IMG/VR virus record: IMGVR_UViG_3300006109_000424
Coordinates: 7,617-71,616 of that record
DNA from: a virus
DNA length: 64,000 nt
Reading direction: 5' to 3' (one strand)
In this document: positions 45,701-52,125 of the stretch, one piece after another
Numbering within the stretch: the stretch's first letter is position 1
Layout: each line of letters starts with the position of its first letter
Translations under genes and position numbers: made by a program
Notes under the pieces: generated by a model
The model's input: the letters and a program-made list of their open reading frames with translations, nothing else
What the model was told of the DNA's origin: nothing
The model's database searches: none

Positions 45701-48211
45701 GGCACTTCCGCGGAAATTTGAACTGGGATATTTGGCCTGGTTGCCAAAACTTACATTTTCTGCATCGTACACATCAAACAAGGGTGGTTGATTGACATTG
45801 ATTTTTTGTTGCGCCTTTATCCAGTTGATTCCGTCCCAATAGTAGCTGAGTCCTTGTTGGGTATTGCCATTTAGCACTACAGTGTTTTGGTCAATTAGAG
45901 CTGTAGCAATTGGAACTAGATAAATGATAGGTTCGGCAATTAATGGTGGTACGGTATCGGGTACGATAAATTGTACCTGATAAACCTTGTTTCTAACTAC
46001 GGGGTCTATATCATTGGCAAAAATAACAGTGGTGCCATTGACAAACTTGTAGCCGTCTATGCTGTAACCAGTAAGTCCGTTAATGTTGCGCAGGGCTTCG
46101 GTTTGTTCTGTATCAATTATGCTGACCGGTGCCAATCCTTGAGTGCCAAAGTTGTACAGTTTGGTTCCAGCTCTAAATTCTAAAATAGGACGTTGCGCAC
46201 GATATCGATTGTCCACCACCGGCACCGTTTTATTATATGCAGCACTGTCAGTAATTACTTGTATGTGGAACCAACGATTGCTACGGCACCAGGCATCTAA
46301 ATCTGGACTAGCACGATTTATGGTTAAGTAGTCGGGTATAACAGGAGCATTTTGTGAACCATCAAAACCAGTAGCATCGTAAGGAGTACTATCGTATGGA
46401 ACTGTAAGACTTTGAGTATAGGTTTCAGGAGTTACATAATTAGTAGTTGGTAATAGATGTATAGCTGTGCCTACACCTTCTACATAGTAACTATTGTTTT
46501 CGTAACTGGCCGGGACAGTGGCACCACGGAAGGTTACTTTCATTCCGTTGCTAAAGGTAACACCATTGGGACTGGTATAAGTAGCCCGGCCAATGATTGA
46601 ATCGACCTCTAATGGTGGTGTAATTTGATCTACCAGGTTGATTTGACCAAATATAGACGGGTCAGTACCATCTTGATAATATAAGGTAGTAGCTGTGGCA
46701 GTCAGTAAAGGAATTTCGTCAAATGTTCCTGAAGCATTTTTGTACCACTGAGTACTGGCCCATTCAGTTCCAAACAAAATAGTAAATTTGTTTAGATTAG
46801 GAATCTGCTCAATGCTGGACAAGGAGATAAATGGACGATTCTGACTGTCATATAGTATGCGTATTTGCCACACACTGTACTGCAATGCAGGATTTGTAAT
46901 TTCTGTAACACTAGCGAACGGAGCGGTGTCATAAGGTTGACCCGGTTCGTCAAAAAGACCATTCAGCAACCACCCGCCGGCGTTGTTGATAATCAAAGTG
47001 CGATTGTTGAGGTTAGTTATGCCGTCAATACCGCCAGGGTTTGCAGACAAGAAATCATCCAGGTACCATTGATTGATTTGATCAAACTGCAAGGTGGTGT
47101 ATAAATCAACTGTACCAAAATTGGTCAAATTGTAATAAAAATTCTGCGCTGTGCTTTGTGGCACATTGAAGGTAACTGTGCCAAGGTCTACACCGTTGTT
47201 GACTACACCTAATACTCCACGACTGCTGATATTTGGAGTAGCAGGAAGCACTCCTTTGACTCCGGGTGCGGCCTGTATCCAAAATCCCGGGCCTGTCCCA
47301 GCGGCTCCGTCGACTATGCTGAATTGTCCGCGAAAGTTAAATTCTACATCGTTGCAATAGTATAATACATCTGGCGCATCTTGAGGAACAGTAAAGGTGA
47401 TTAGACCCGTCGAGGCACCGTTGTTAACTACTCCCTGATTCCAAATATTAGTAGTACCAAAACTAAGTGCAGTTTTGATGTAAAAACGTAATGGAACTGT
47501 TTGTGTCAAATTGAATGTGTAGGTGTTTCCGCGTACCAAGGTCAATACAGGATTAGGTTCATAATCGATAGACCAGCTGGTAGAATTGTTGGTCACACGA
47601 TAATCAATGGCATCTGCGGTATTTTGTGCCACATTAAAATTGTAGCTACCACCACGTACCAGAGTTATAGTTGGATTGGTTCCAGCTTCTCCTGAAAATG
47701 TATATGATCCATTGGCTCTAGTTACTGTATAATTGTTGGTAGTAGGAACAGCTCCAGAATACACATCGACAGCCAAAGGACCTTGTGGTAACCAGTAGTA
47801 CTCGGCATAGTTTACAAATTTATCAAGATCAACAAATGGATCCCAGGTGTAGTAGTCGCTGGTGTATAGTGCTTGCGGATTAGCTGTAAACGCACCTTGT
47901 ACATTTAGAGCATCAGTAATACCAGGATAGGTGATTGTGTCTACTACCTTGTGCGAATCAGCAGGATCGACTTGTACTACTCCAGGCTCCAGTTGATAAT
48001 CAGTTCTAACAGCAGTAGGTTCAATTACATAAGGATCGTTGGCATTGACCCCGGGCCCAACCCGTTGACCAATAAATCCCTGTGTTTGTTGAAACTGGGG
48101 TTCTTGAACTAGTTGATCCAGGGTGGCGGCTAGAAACTGCCGGTTGACCGGAGTTTGAAAGATACTAGGTAAAAAATCAACAGTACTAATTTGTGAGCTT
48201 GGAATTGACAT
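33785..48211 (-). CDS. giant 4808-aa virion protein (baseplate wedge/appendage, gp7-like position)
   Basis: Follows the gp6-like gene; FG-GAP-like FG..V...VGAP blades, CBM-like WQ...Y..G..V, GDGxTxxF Ig-like repeats, EVKPFHT motif. Confidence 0.75.
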   Translation of the reverse strand: MSIPSSQISTVDFLPSIFQTPVNRQFLAATLDQLVQEPQFQQTQGFIGQRVGPGVNANDPYVIEPTAVRTDYQLEPGVVQVDPADSHKVVDTITYPGITDALNVQGAFTANPQALYTSDYYTWDPFVDLDKFVNYAEYYWLPQGPLAVDVYSGAVPTTNNYTVTRANGSYTFSGEAGTNPTITLVRGGSYNFNVAQNTADAIDYRVTNNSTSWSIDYEPNPVLTLVRGNTYTFNLTQTVPLRFYIKTALSFGTTNIWNQGVVNNGASTGLITFTVPQDAPDVLYYCNDVEFNFRGQFSIVDGAAGTGPGFWIQAAPGVKGVLPATPNISSRGVLGVVNNGVDLGTVTFNVPQSTAQNFYYNLTNFGTVDLYTTLQFDQINQWYLDDFLSANPGGIDGITNLNNRTLIINNAGGWLLNGLFDEPGQPYDTAPFASVTEITNPALQYSVWQIRILYDSQNRPFISLSSIEQIPNLNKFTILFGTEWASTQWYKNASGTFDEIPLLTATATTLYYQDGTDPSIFGQINLVDQITPPLEVDSIIGRATYTSPNGVTFSNGMKVTFRGATVPASYENNSYYVEGVGTAIHLLPTTNYVTPETYTQSLTVPYDSTPYDATGFDGSQNAPVIPDYLTINRASPDLDAWCRSNRWFHIQVITDSAAYNKTVPVVDNRYRAQRPILEFRAGTKLYNFGTQGLAPVSIIDTEQTEALRNINGLTGYSIDGYKFVNGTTVIFANDIDPVVRNKVYQVQFIVPDTVPPLIAEPIIYLVPIATALIDQNTVVLNGNTQQGLSYYWDGINWIKAQQKINVNQPPLFDVYDAENVSFGNQAKYPSSNFRGSALFSYAVSSGAPDLVLGFPITYLSLTNIGDIVFDNNLYTDSFNYTQNNQGYTVPLSSGFARQYENRTNFIKEIGWQTAKTPSLIRQQFTFTYDGGPLLLDVAVNTNNTVPAVQIFVNATFQESYNYSYTTTATTTTINLLTTYVPGDLIEVQVLSDQTSTTAFYQVPINLENNPFNGNSDRFTLGTIRNHYSTIAQNLIPLQGPVIGANNTRDLGNIIPYGLQILQQSSPLTLTGYFMRSQRYNIFDALAYNSQQYIQFKSQLLQAVTTFSLGDYQNKTVAQLLDAAITKITVGDTSTSPFYWSDMLPTGLVSVSNSTTVNPITTAVFNTVQTYNFTESNYLGLLVYVNNRLLTRGRDYVVSADSPVLTITIPLIVGDVVTINEYSNTAGNFVPNTPTKLGLYPKYCPEIFLDTDYVNPTPVIQGHDGSITVAFGDIRDQVLLEFETRIYNNLKNDGNPPPLTAEDVIPGYFRTTDYTQEQVTQILGESFLAWVGYNKVDYTAQTYIADNPYTYNYSQAGNKLDGTPLLGAWRGIYRWFYDTLTPNLTPWEMLGFSEEPDWWVTRYGPAPYTSDNLVLWGDLETGLVADPISPYVRSSYRRPGLTSVIPVDDQGQLIPPTESVVGRFDPYGFVKSWTVGDGGPVEASWWMSSSYPFAIMRLLALTRPAEFFSLFADRDLYRYNTEFDQYLYNGRYRIDPSKIQVYGNGVSKASYINWIVDYNQLLGINSTDALTTDLSNLDVRLCYRMASFSAQQNVNIYLERSGPESTNATLLIPSESYNLQLYQNQPYSQLIYSSIVIEVAEAGYTIYGYSSYQPYFSTYASLINSATQTITAGNTSVSAPSQYSKNIVQIPYGYTFANLASTVDFILSYGQYLTDQGMTFTQLQNGYTLNWIQMAQEFLYFANQGWMPGTIINLNPAATQLSVYRPGAVVNSIVNYTPETVILDQNRRVINPGNLIIQRLGDTFVAKPPPGGNQTISFVQIKFTDFEDIVVFDNRTVFNDLIYDPVTAERQSRLILSAQTSTQWDGTLNAQGFILNNPLTVKQWQPNTSYTKGDIVTYQYSYWQAAGIIQPSTKFVYSNWYKSNYQSIQQGLLQNLTLRADQLANSYNVQTANLNNSNDLLAFNLIGFVPRQYMADLNLDSISQVNLYQQFIANKGTLNATELLTNVNFNQAAGQYNIYQDWGVLVGTYGANANRSWFEVNLNEAKLTGNPSTVQIINPGNTSQADQSIYLKNLWAQSYQIPNTDILPTTYSRNLDTALPTAGYVNVNDVDITVYNLNDPSNIASHLSTVGIGTSIWVAQDNSYDWNIYQCVEVPGQLTQLTDNLNGTSIAQFNSLTTGLLVGDLIIIKLFDSAVNGVYRVLSVPTINTVVIQYAFTNQNKTSITGTGLVFRLQTMRVKQSSDVVNLPYANSLVPGSTVWVDNDGDGHWEVIQKQYQFTNVENIAASTPEADSSYGTSVAQSRNNLSLLVGSPTADSGMGAVYSYRPGISAPYVQNTKLNLLASDVAGYGSSVAFGDQTWVVAGANLSNSGAGYAVTLYQPAGTNDLLQTQLLVAPDQNFSATGFGTAVIISDDERWMYISAPGANRVYAYGLVDIPAQEINYAGDGTTATFSYVNSIVIDNTYPLQLSVRINSTQLIYGHDYTVTENLVQLFVAPAVGQTVIISRRVQAQLDYAVYYDVKQNSTTGLGLNATFTVTNTRGLYNVTLTAPGNLYAIGDTLTINYTHIDPAGSSANNLTITVTGVNAGGITAFTFAGVGVNNTAVFSLQNYLYTATTIDAFTVYVNGVLQRPYIDYTFDSGNITFLTVPAPSATIIVDAASYWQYINDITVPGLADDANFGVSLTCSTDGRQIIVGADNDSAIDSDRNIIATAGSTYVFDRSTVRYIVSNAGQTTYAIPGSISNPVAVLLNKQFLTNTAQYINGQFTVTGSNLILSSSVVLTVGDILEIETNQFQFLQKLTADTVIDKSAFGRAVAVCPHNCSVYVGAPLTYVQQDKIIIAQAGLVQRQLNQSRLYGVTTSTVANPVLTAGDTLRINDSEIAVPAVPNNTIKGFAEAINSSGIPNVVATLVPDVILYGDGLTKIFDVGNIYSSATAYNTVVYLDSVLQLPNGVNYTYNNTTQQIAFVTTPPMGSVITVVAGRITISVINALAADEYDMLTVLPGVIGSAFEAVGFKTFVYTQTIESPNPVTYARFGSSIDVSYSATNLVVGAPNGNTYEPTTFDAGETYFDEHSTTFFNTVHNSGVVYTFDDLPSSTSSINNPPQFVFGQQIYTSNIGTLDLFGTAVNYGNGLLLVGAPGTNNYGSVAIFKNPNDTPSWTTIYKQFPVADVTLINSVYSYNKLLNSTQTYFDFIDPLQGKILGVARRNIDYIGAVDPADYNQGAVHNTGISWGAGHVGQIWWNTYTVRFVEPNQEDITYASRQWAQTFPGSSIDIYQWIESDVPPASYIGPGKPFSTVSYTIHSSLNSAGIFVTNYYFWVTGLTSIDTANGKTLSTTGIASYILNPVGSGIPYIAAINANTVALYNAKSLLSASDTVLHIEYERQHQGSSSDIHTEYTFIADGRPDSFLNANLYRKLLDSFCGQDVAGNLVPDPSLSPGQQYGVQFRPRQSMFADRFMALQNYLGRANTVLAQYPISETRNFNLLNSSEPVPQANSGAWNFEVPNLEILAYQDLAQVPIGWKYLVLSDSSQNGRWTIYEVVAGANVVLPPKLQLVRIQNYDTPLYWSYINWYLPGYNSSIQPVAEVTNVSGLQTLSVAEAPLGSSVKVTANGIGKWEIYLRNAVVGTASDWQRVGLQDGTIKFSESLWNYSKSAGGFGFDVQPFDAQYFDQYPAIETRYIIEAINQELFTDELLIERNKALILMFQYIYSEFTSPDWLIKTSFVEIDHTLRSLLPYQLYQPDNSTFVEDYFQEVKPFHTQVLNFNLIYDGTDIWGGSPTDYDVPAHWDTTVEIPQFISPVLTPYTLSTSLIENTVSDTASNAQIWLEQPWNKWYNNYALSIESVTIANPGSGYTSVPQVMVNGVVDSNFAAVINSSGQVIAVKIANNTEKYTITPSIVLIGGNGKDAVAVPIMENGLVRSFKTVIRYDRYQYKTTIAKWQAGVSYPAGAEVRWNNQVWSANSTVDSTIFDPTQWSLVNASTLSGVDRTMGYYVPGVNMPGLSLPLLIDGVDYPGVQVTAPRYDQNTGYDVGNYDINPYDNISIDLNGRPTYDYNILDAEYSSSYLDTYLGTRPTDINVSGGGYVDVFSSHAPEELIPGGEFDSLDLRVYTTPGTNWTGQGAGFPVATKRYTYDPTNPVLNFYGILANPMVVVLFNATAGLALEPLSYDWANWELTVDPDTSNPGDTLVIYVTGVGGGNQLYNHTCLGSDLIGGKQLIVPYTTLDNNPPVPGTIYEFVIYNGETPLKLGVDYTYASAGSTQTEITFAQTYGATDRINLATLGYPSTGPTYSYSLPVFETVVANSNIVTSQTVTLTNSMSGTNPVNLVVTVNGVQARPYEGAPYVGDGVTTLFDLPQNGGYSQSLISNNDVSVYVNNTALILGIDFTITPYVNSTTPRAVHLYSSPAAGAPVLVAVRTAAQYWVTNGQLTFQTSAGVRLSVGDIVEIVSWNSTKEQGIAIHVFVGPTTKGETVTEGFDTVNFDTAVVNSTSGSYDYTEGIVVQQNVFDLGFTIVDPDRLLVNLNGKWLFNGIGFTVNGSTIILPGPPIPLQTVLSVVSFTEYTVPSAMAFRIFQDMRGIQATYSITPATTTVLTQALAATDDVVHVANVSALTQPNLQNNVWGVLTVGAERIMYRNWDLDTNTVSNLLRGTAGTAASAHAAGSAIYNLGRGNLLPIEYQNYIVSDNILADGVTTEFIAYNIHLTYNAAEGFGEVPFDHGTVTGEPGSFDYGQGDPSQQLEVYVGGTRVLDGYVVANFNPTEIIFDVAPPAGVDVTMLVRRGVTWYQQGPGTASNGIPLQETNTLAARFLRGL

Positions 48212-51200
48212 TAAATTACTCCACTACCCGGAGCTGTTTGTAAGTTGGCGCTGGTCAAGGCCGTTATCACTTGTATGTCATTGACCGTGGCACCGTTGCA
48301 GAAAATTTGATTAGGTGCTGACCTTATTTCGTAGAGATCACCAAAACTCTTTTGTGGGTTCAGCGGGACTAACACCACTGAACCGACTATGTCACCTATG
48401 TTCTTGTGTATGTAGGCTGCCAACTCACTAAAATAAAAAGTATCGCCAAAATTCCAAGCGGCCAAGTTAAAATAAGCGTTCATGTTGGCCACTACCAGAC
48501 TCTTGATAGTACTGGCACTGGCTGTAGACTGGCCGGATGCAATGATCTTGATTACCGCCTGTAGTGCTGGATCAGCTTTTTGACCGAACAAAGGTTGAAA
48601 ATCTACACTGTTAAGGATCACATTATCTGAAATCATTTGATAATTTTGCAAACCTGCGTAGGCTGTGGTCAATTCATCAATGGTAGGTTGCATGGGTTTT
48701 TGTACTGTACCTGTGGTATCCAACAACCAGTTTTGATAAGCAGTATAATAATCGTTAGTGACCACATATAAATCAATGATATTTGTAGATCCGGGATCAA
48801 TTCGGCTGGTCAGGGGGCTGTTGTGTCTGTATTGAAATTTCAACGTTTGGCGGCCAGGAGTTGCTAGGTATGATGTGTCAACAGTTAGAGTTGGATTGCC
48901 TAACGAATCAATGCCCAACCGATAAAATATATTTTCTTGGTAAGCATAAAACACCTGCCCGACTGCGTATTGTGTTTGTACTGCCTGGATCGCAGATAAA
49001 GAAGGATAGTTTGGGTCAATAATTCCGTTGTTAATCAGCAGATATCTCTCTAGGTTGTCAAAATCTACAGTAGCTTGGAAAAATACGTATGGCAAGGGTG
49101 TAGAATTGAACTGCGTATTGTACAAGCCCGGCCAGGCACCTGTGATAGAATGGAAGAAATCTGGATCAATTGGGGTCAACCCATTGATCTTAGAAAAACT
49201 TATCTCTACTTGAAAATCATCCACAAGCCCGTCACTCAATACTGGTTGATTAATAATATCCAACACGTTGTCGCCGGGCAAGGAACTGGTTGAATTAGGA
49301 GCAGAGTTGATGCTTAACACATTTACAAAATCTCTAATAACTGTGCCGGTACGACTGTCGTAGATCGGATCTGCTGTGTAAAAGAAAAATCTTGTATCTA
49401 ACACACTGCCAAAATAATAATTTAGCGATCTTGCAACCACGGTGTAATTGGATCCATTATATGTACACTGTATCATCCAGGATGCATCCAACCCTTGACC
49501 TGAAGTATTTTGTGCATTTGCCAGGCTAAATGGCGCATCTGTGGCTAAATTTGTGGAGGTGATCACGTACCACGTGTTGGTTAAATTGTTATAGCCAATC
49601 CCAAAATTTTGATTCAAATAAATTTGATTAAAAATACTTTGCTGTACTGTAGTGGGTAAATCAGTAATAAACACAGGAATAACCTGTACTGGTATAGCAC
49701 CGGTTGGCATATAAGTGTTGAGTACTACTGGGCCAATACCACTTGGTAAATTTCCGTAGCCCTGTGCTGTTCCGTCAACATAGATAGCAGTAGGACTGGC
49801 CCAAAGGAACAATTTTTCGCCGGGTTGAGTGGGTACTCCGGCTACTAAATTGTTGTCGTCGGCAAAATAATATCCAGCTGGAGCAGCAAATTTTACCAGG
49901 CTTCCTTCAGTAATATATTTTGCATTGTTGCTGGCATAAGCACCAACGGGAATTGGATTGCCTAGAGCATTTTGAAAATAACCCGTGGCTTCGTTGGTAG
50001 TTAAAGTGCTGTTGTGCCAAGTATAATTCAAAACTGATAGATCGGGTCTAGGAAAGTTGGCATAATAAAATTGCTCAACACCAGCTTTTGAAATTAACGG
50101 CGTGATTTGATTGGCCACTGCATTTGAAATATCTGTAGTAGTTAACCAACTAAAACGAAACACCGGCAAAGTATCTTGGTACCATAAGGCTCCGTCGTCA
50201 GCAAATATGTTGGTGCTTGAGTATTTTCCAGTGCCGTCTACTAGATCAAGATAACGACTAGTACCGATACTGGCACGATTTAAGGCTGTGCTTTTGAGAA
50301 CACTGTTGTATTGTGTGAATGGAAAATTTGAATAGTCTTCACCGTTGACCATACGATTTTGTGTGTAGTACTGGGCCGGAGCACGTTGTTTGATTTCTGC
50401 AATGGTTTCACGAGCCTGCGCATTGGTCACATTTTCGGTGAGCCCACAGGTAAATGTAACTGTTTCAATCTGTCCAGTGCGACTCACATAGCTGATTGGA
50501 ACGCTAATGCTTTGCATTTCAACTGGATTAATAGTATAAGTTAGGCCGTTGCTGGCACGCACATAGGTTCGGAAGGTGCCTACCGGAATAGTACTGAATA
50601 TGCCGTCACCAAAATTTAAGGTAATCTGGTCGTTGGTTCTGCTGGTAATGCTGTAGATATCCCTAGTGCCAGGCGCTAATTGTTCAACTGCTGCTGCGTA
50701 TACACTCTGTACCGACTTCCAAAAACTAGAAATATTTCCTGTGTTGCTCAACTGATATAACCAAACATCGGTATTATTGACGCCTTCAATGTTGATGGCA
50801 ACTGCTCGGTTGGTAATGCTTTCTGCTAAATTAAAATCTTGATTTTGCAGGATGCCTTGTTTGAAATAAAAAAAGAATCCGGTATTTGCACTGGCATAAC
50901 CCTGTTGATCATTTTTAAACAGTATATTAAATTGTCCATTGGGTACTGGCGGTGGTTCATACACATAAGTTTGACCGGCCGAGGTTGAATTAACCACTTC
51001 AAACGGCATGTTTACTGTGTCGACTGTGGCCGTAAATGGAATCACCGGAATATATCCAGGAACCAAATTTATAGTGTATTCTTGAGTATCAACTCCTTGT
51101 ATTACTTGGTCATTGCCGGGTTGACCAAACTGCTGTGCATTAATCAGGCTGGCATTTAAGATGGTGATAAACTGTTCTTGCCAGTCTAAATTGGTTGGAT

Positions 51201-51672
51201 CGGCCCAGTTTATTGTCAAATTGGCCAGGTTGATGCCATTGTAGTCAGTAAGATTTTCTGTAGTTGAAATAGAAAATACTTTAAGGAATCCGTTGGCTTC
51301 GGTATTGCGTAACGGCGTGTAACTGACCAATTGGGCCAAATTAACCACGCTGTCTCGGCGTTCGGCTGTGCTTAGATAGTTTTCTCTAGCGTTTAAATCG
51401 CCACGAAATGCTAGACTTTGGCCCATAAAGGCCATGACATCCAGCAGAGCAATAAATTCGCTGCTTTCAATATAGTCATTGAATGTTTCTGGGTAATACT
51501 GGCGCAGATAATCTACAAAAGTTTTGCGTAGAGTTTCAAAATCGTAGCTTTGGAAATCGGCTTCACTGTAGGTTTGAAAAATGCGTTTCCAATCTTCCAC
51601 ACCAAATATCGCGGTCTGTCTTGTGGTTGTTGCTGTTGTGGTTGATCCCGATGTTGTGTTTGTCGTGGCCAT
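48211..51672 (-). CDS. baseplate wedge subunit, T4 gp6-like
   Basis: DFETLR..F..YL....PE.FND...SSEF.AL.D..A..G..LAF..D..A.E..L.TA.RRDSV..LA....Y.P; FGDG.F; ET..EIK..AP..Y.TQNRMV..EDY. Confidence 0.85.
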   Translation of the reverse strand: MATTNTTSGSTTTATTTRQTAIFGVEDWKRIFQTYSEADFQSYDFETLRKTFVDYLRQYYPETFNDYIESSEFIALLDVMAFMGQSLAFRGDLNARENYLSTAERRDSVVNLAQLVSYTPLRNTEANGFLKVFSISTTENLTDYNGINLANLTINWADPTNLDWQEQFITILNASLINAQQFGQPGNDQVIQGVDTQEYTINLVPGYIPVIPFTATVDTVNMPFEVVNSTSAGQTYVYEPPPVPNGQFNILFKNDQQGYASANTGFFFYFKQGILQNQDFNLAESITNRAVAINIEGVNNTDVWLYQLSNTGNISSFWKSVQSVYAAAVEQLAPGTRDIYSITSRTNDQITLNFGDGIFSTIPVGTFRTYVRASNGLTYTINPVEMQSISVPISYVSRTGQIETVTFTCGLTENVTNAQARETIAEIKQRAPAQYYTQNRMVNGEDYSNFPFTQYNSVLKSTALNRASIGTSRYLDLVDGTGKYSSTNIFADDGALWYQDTLPVFRFSWLTTTDISNAVANQITPLISKAGVEQFYYANFPRPDLSVLNYTWHNSTLTTNEATGYFQNALGNPIPVGAYASNNAKYITEGSLVKFAAPAGYYFADDNNLVAGVPTQPGEKLFLWASPTAIYVDGTAQGYGNLPSGIGPVVLNTYMPTGAIPVQVIPVFITDLPTTVQQSIFNQIYLNQNFGIGYNNLTNTWYVITSTNLATDAPFSLANAQNTSGQGLDASWMIQCTYNGSNYTVVARSLNYYFGSVLDTRFFFYTADPIYDSRTGTVIRDFVNVLSINSAPNSTSSLPGDNVLDIINQPVLSDGLVDDFQVEISFSKINGLTPIDPDFFHSITGAWPGLYNTQFNSTPLPYVFFQATVDFDNLERYLLINNGIIDPNYPSLSAIQAVQTQYAVGQVFYAYQENIFYRLGIDSLGNPTLTVDTSYLATPGRQTLKFQYRHNSPLTSRIDPGSTNIIDLYVVTNDYYTAYQNWLLDTTGTVQKPMQPTIDELTTAYAGLQNYQMISDNVILNSVDFQPLFGQKADPALQAVIKIIASGQSTASASTIKSLVVANMNAYFNLAAWNFGDTFYFSELAAYIHKNIGDIVGSVVLVPLNPQKSFGDLYEIRSAPNQIFCNGATVNDIQVITALTSANLQTAPGSGVI

Positions 51673-51691
51673 AGTTATTCCAGTGTTGTAA

Positions 51692-51697
51692 TATTTA
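51692..51697 (-). promoter_or_regulatory. late-type promoter TAAATA
   Basis: TAAATA about 20 nt upstream of the gp6-like ATG. Confidence 0.55.
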
Positions 51698-51718
51698 GTT
51701 TATTAATAAACTGGGCAG

Positions 51719-52093
51719 TTAAACGTAGGTGGCCGAACGTTGTTGTTGATCAAAAAAGATGCTCAATCGCTGTGCATTGGTGCTGGGTACCACCGCTAAT
51801 CCCACCTGGACTAACAGTCCATTTTGTTGTGGGAACATCTGTATGCCACTGATAAAAACCCTGGGATCGCCAGCACATACTCGCTGTATTTCGTTATAGA
51901 TTAACTGCTGTGTTTCTTGTGTTTGATTCTCAAACAGATAATTCCAAATTACGGTTCCGTACCCAGGAAGACCGACCACTTCGCCCTGGTGTATATTAAA
52001 AGCATTCAGCAGGTCAACTTTAATCAACTCAAAGTCTACCAAGGTAAACTTTTTATTTTGTTTGATAGTATTGAATCCAATAAATGTAGGCAT
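51719..52093 (-). CDS. baseplate wedge protein, T4 gp25-like
   Basis: IK.DLLN.F....GE....P.YG..IW.YLFE...DPRV; TAAATA 5 nt upstream (52099-52104). Confidence 0.85.
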   Translation of the reverse strand: MPTFIGFNTIKQNKKFTLVDFELIKVDLLNAFNIHQGEVVGLPGYGTVIWNYLFENQTQETQQLIYNEIQRVCAGDPRVFISGIQMFPQQNGLLVQVGLAVVPSTNAQRLSIFFDQQQRSATYV

Positions 52094-52125
52094 AGATGTA
52101 TTTAACCTTTAAAATTATCAGTATA

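Noticed and set aside
33785-48211. Intein or frameshift explaining the giant ORF
   Set aside because: No intein splice motifs or LAGLIDADG blocks noticed; composition is uniformly virion-like
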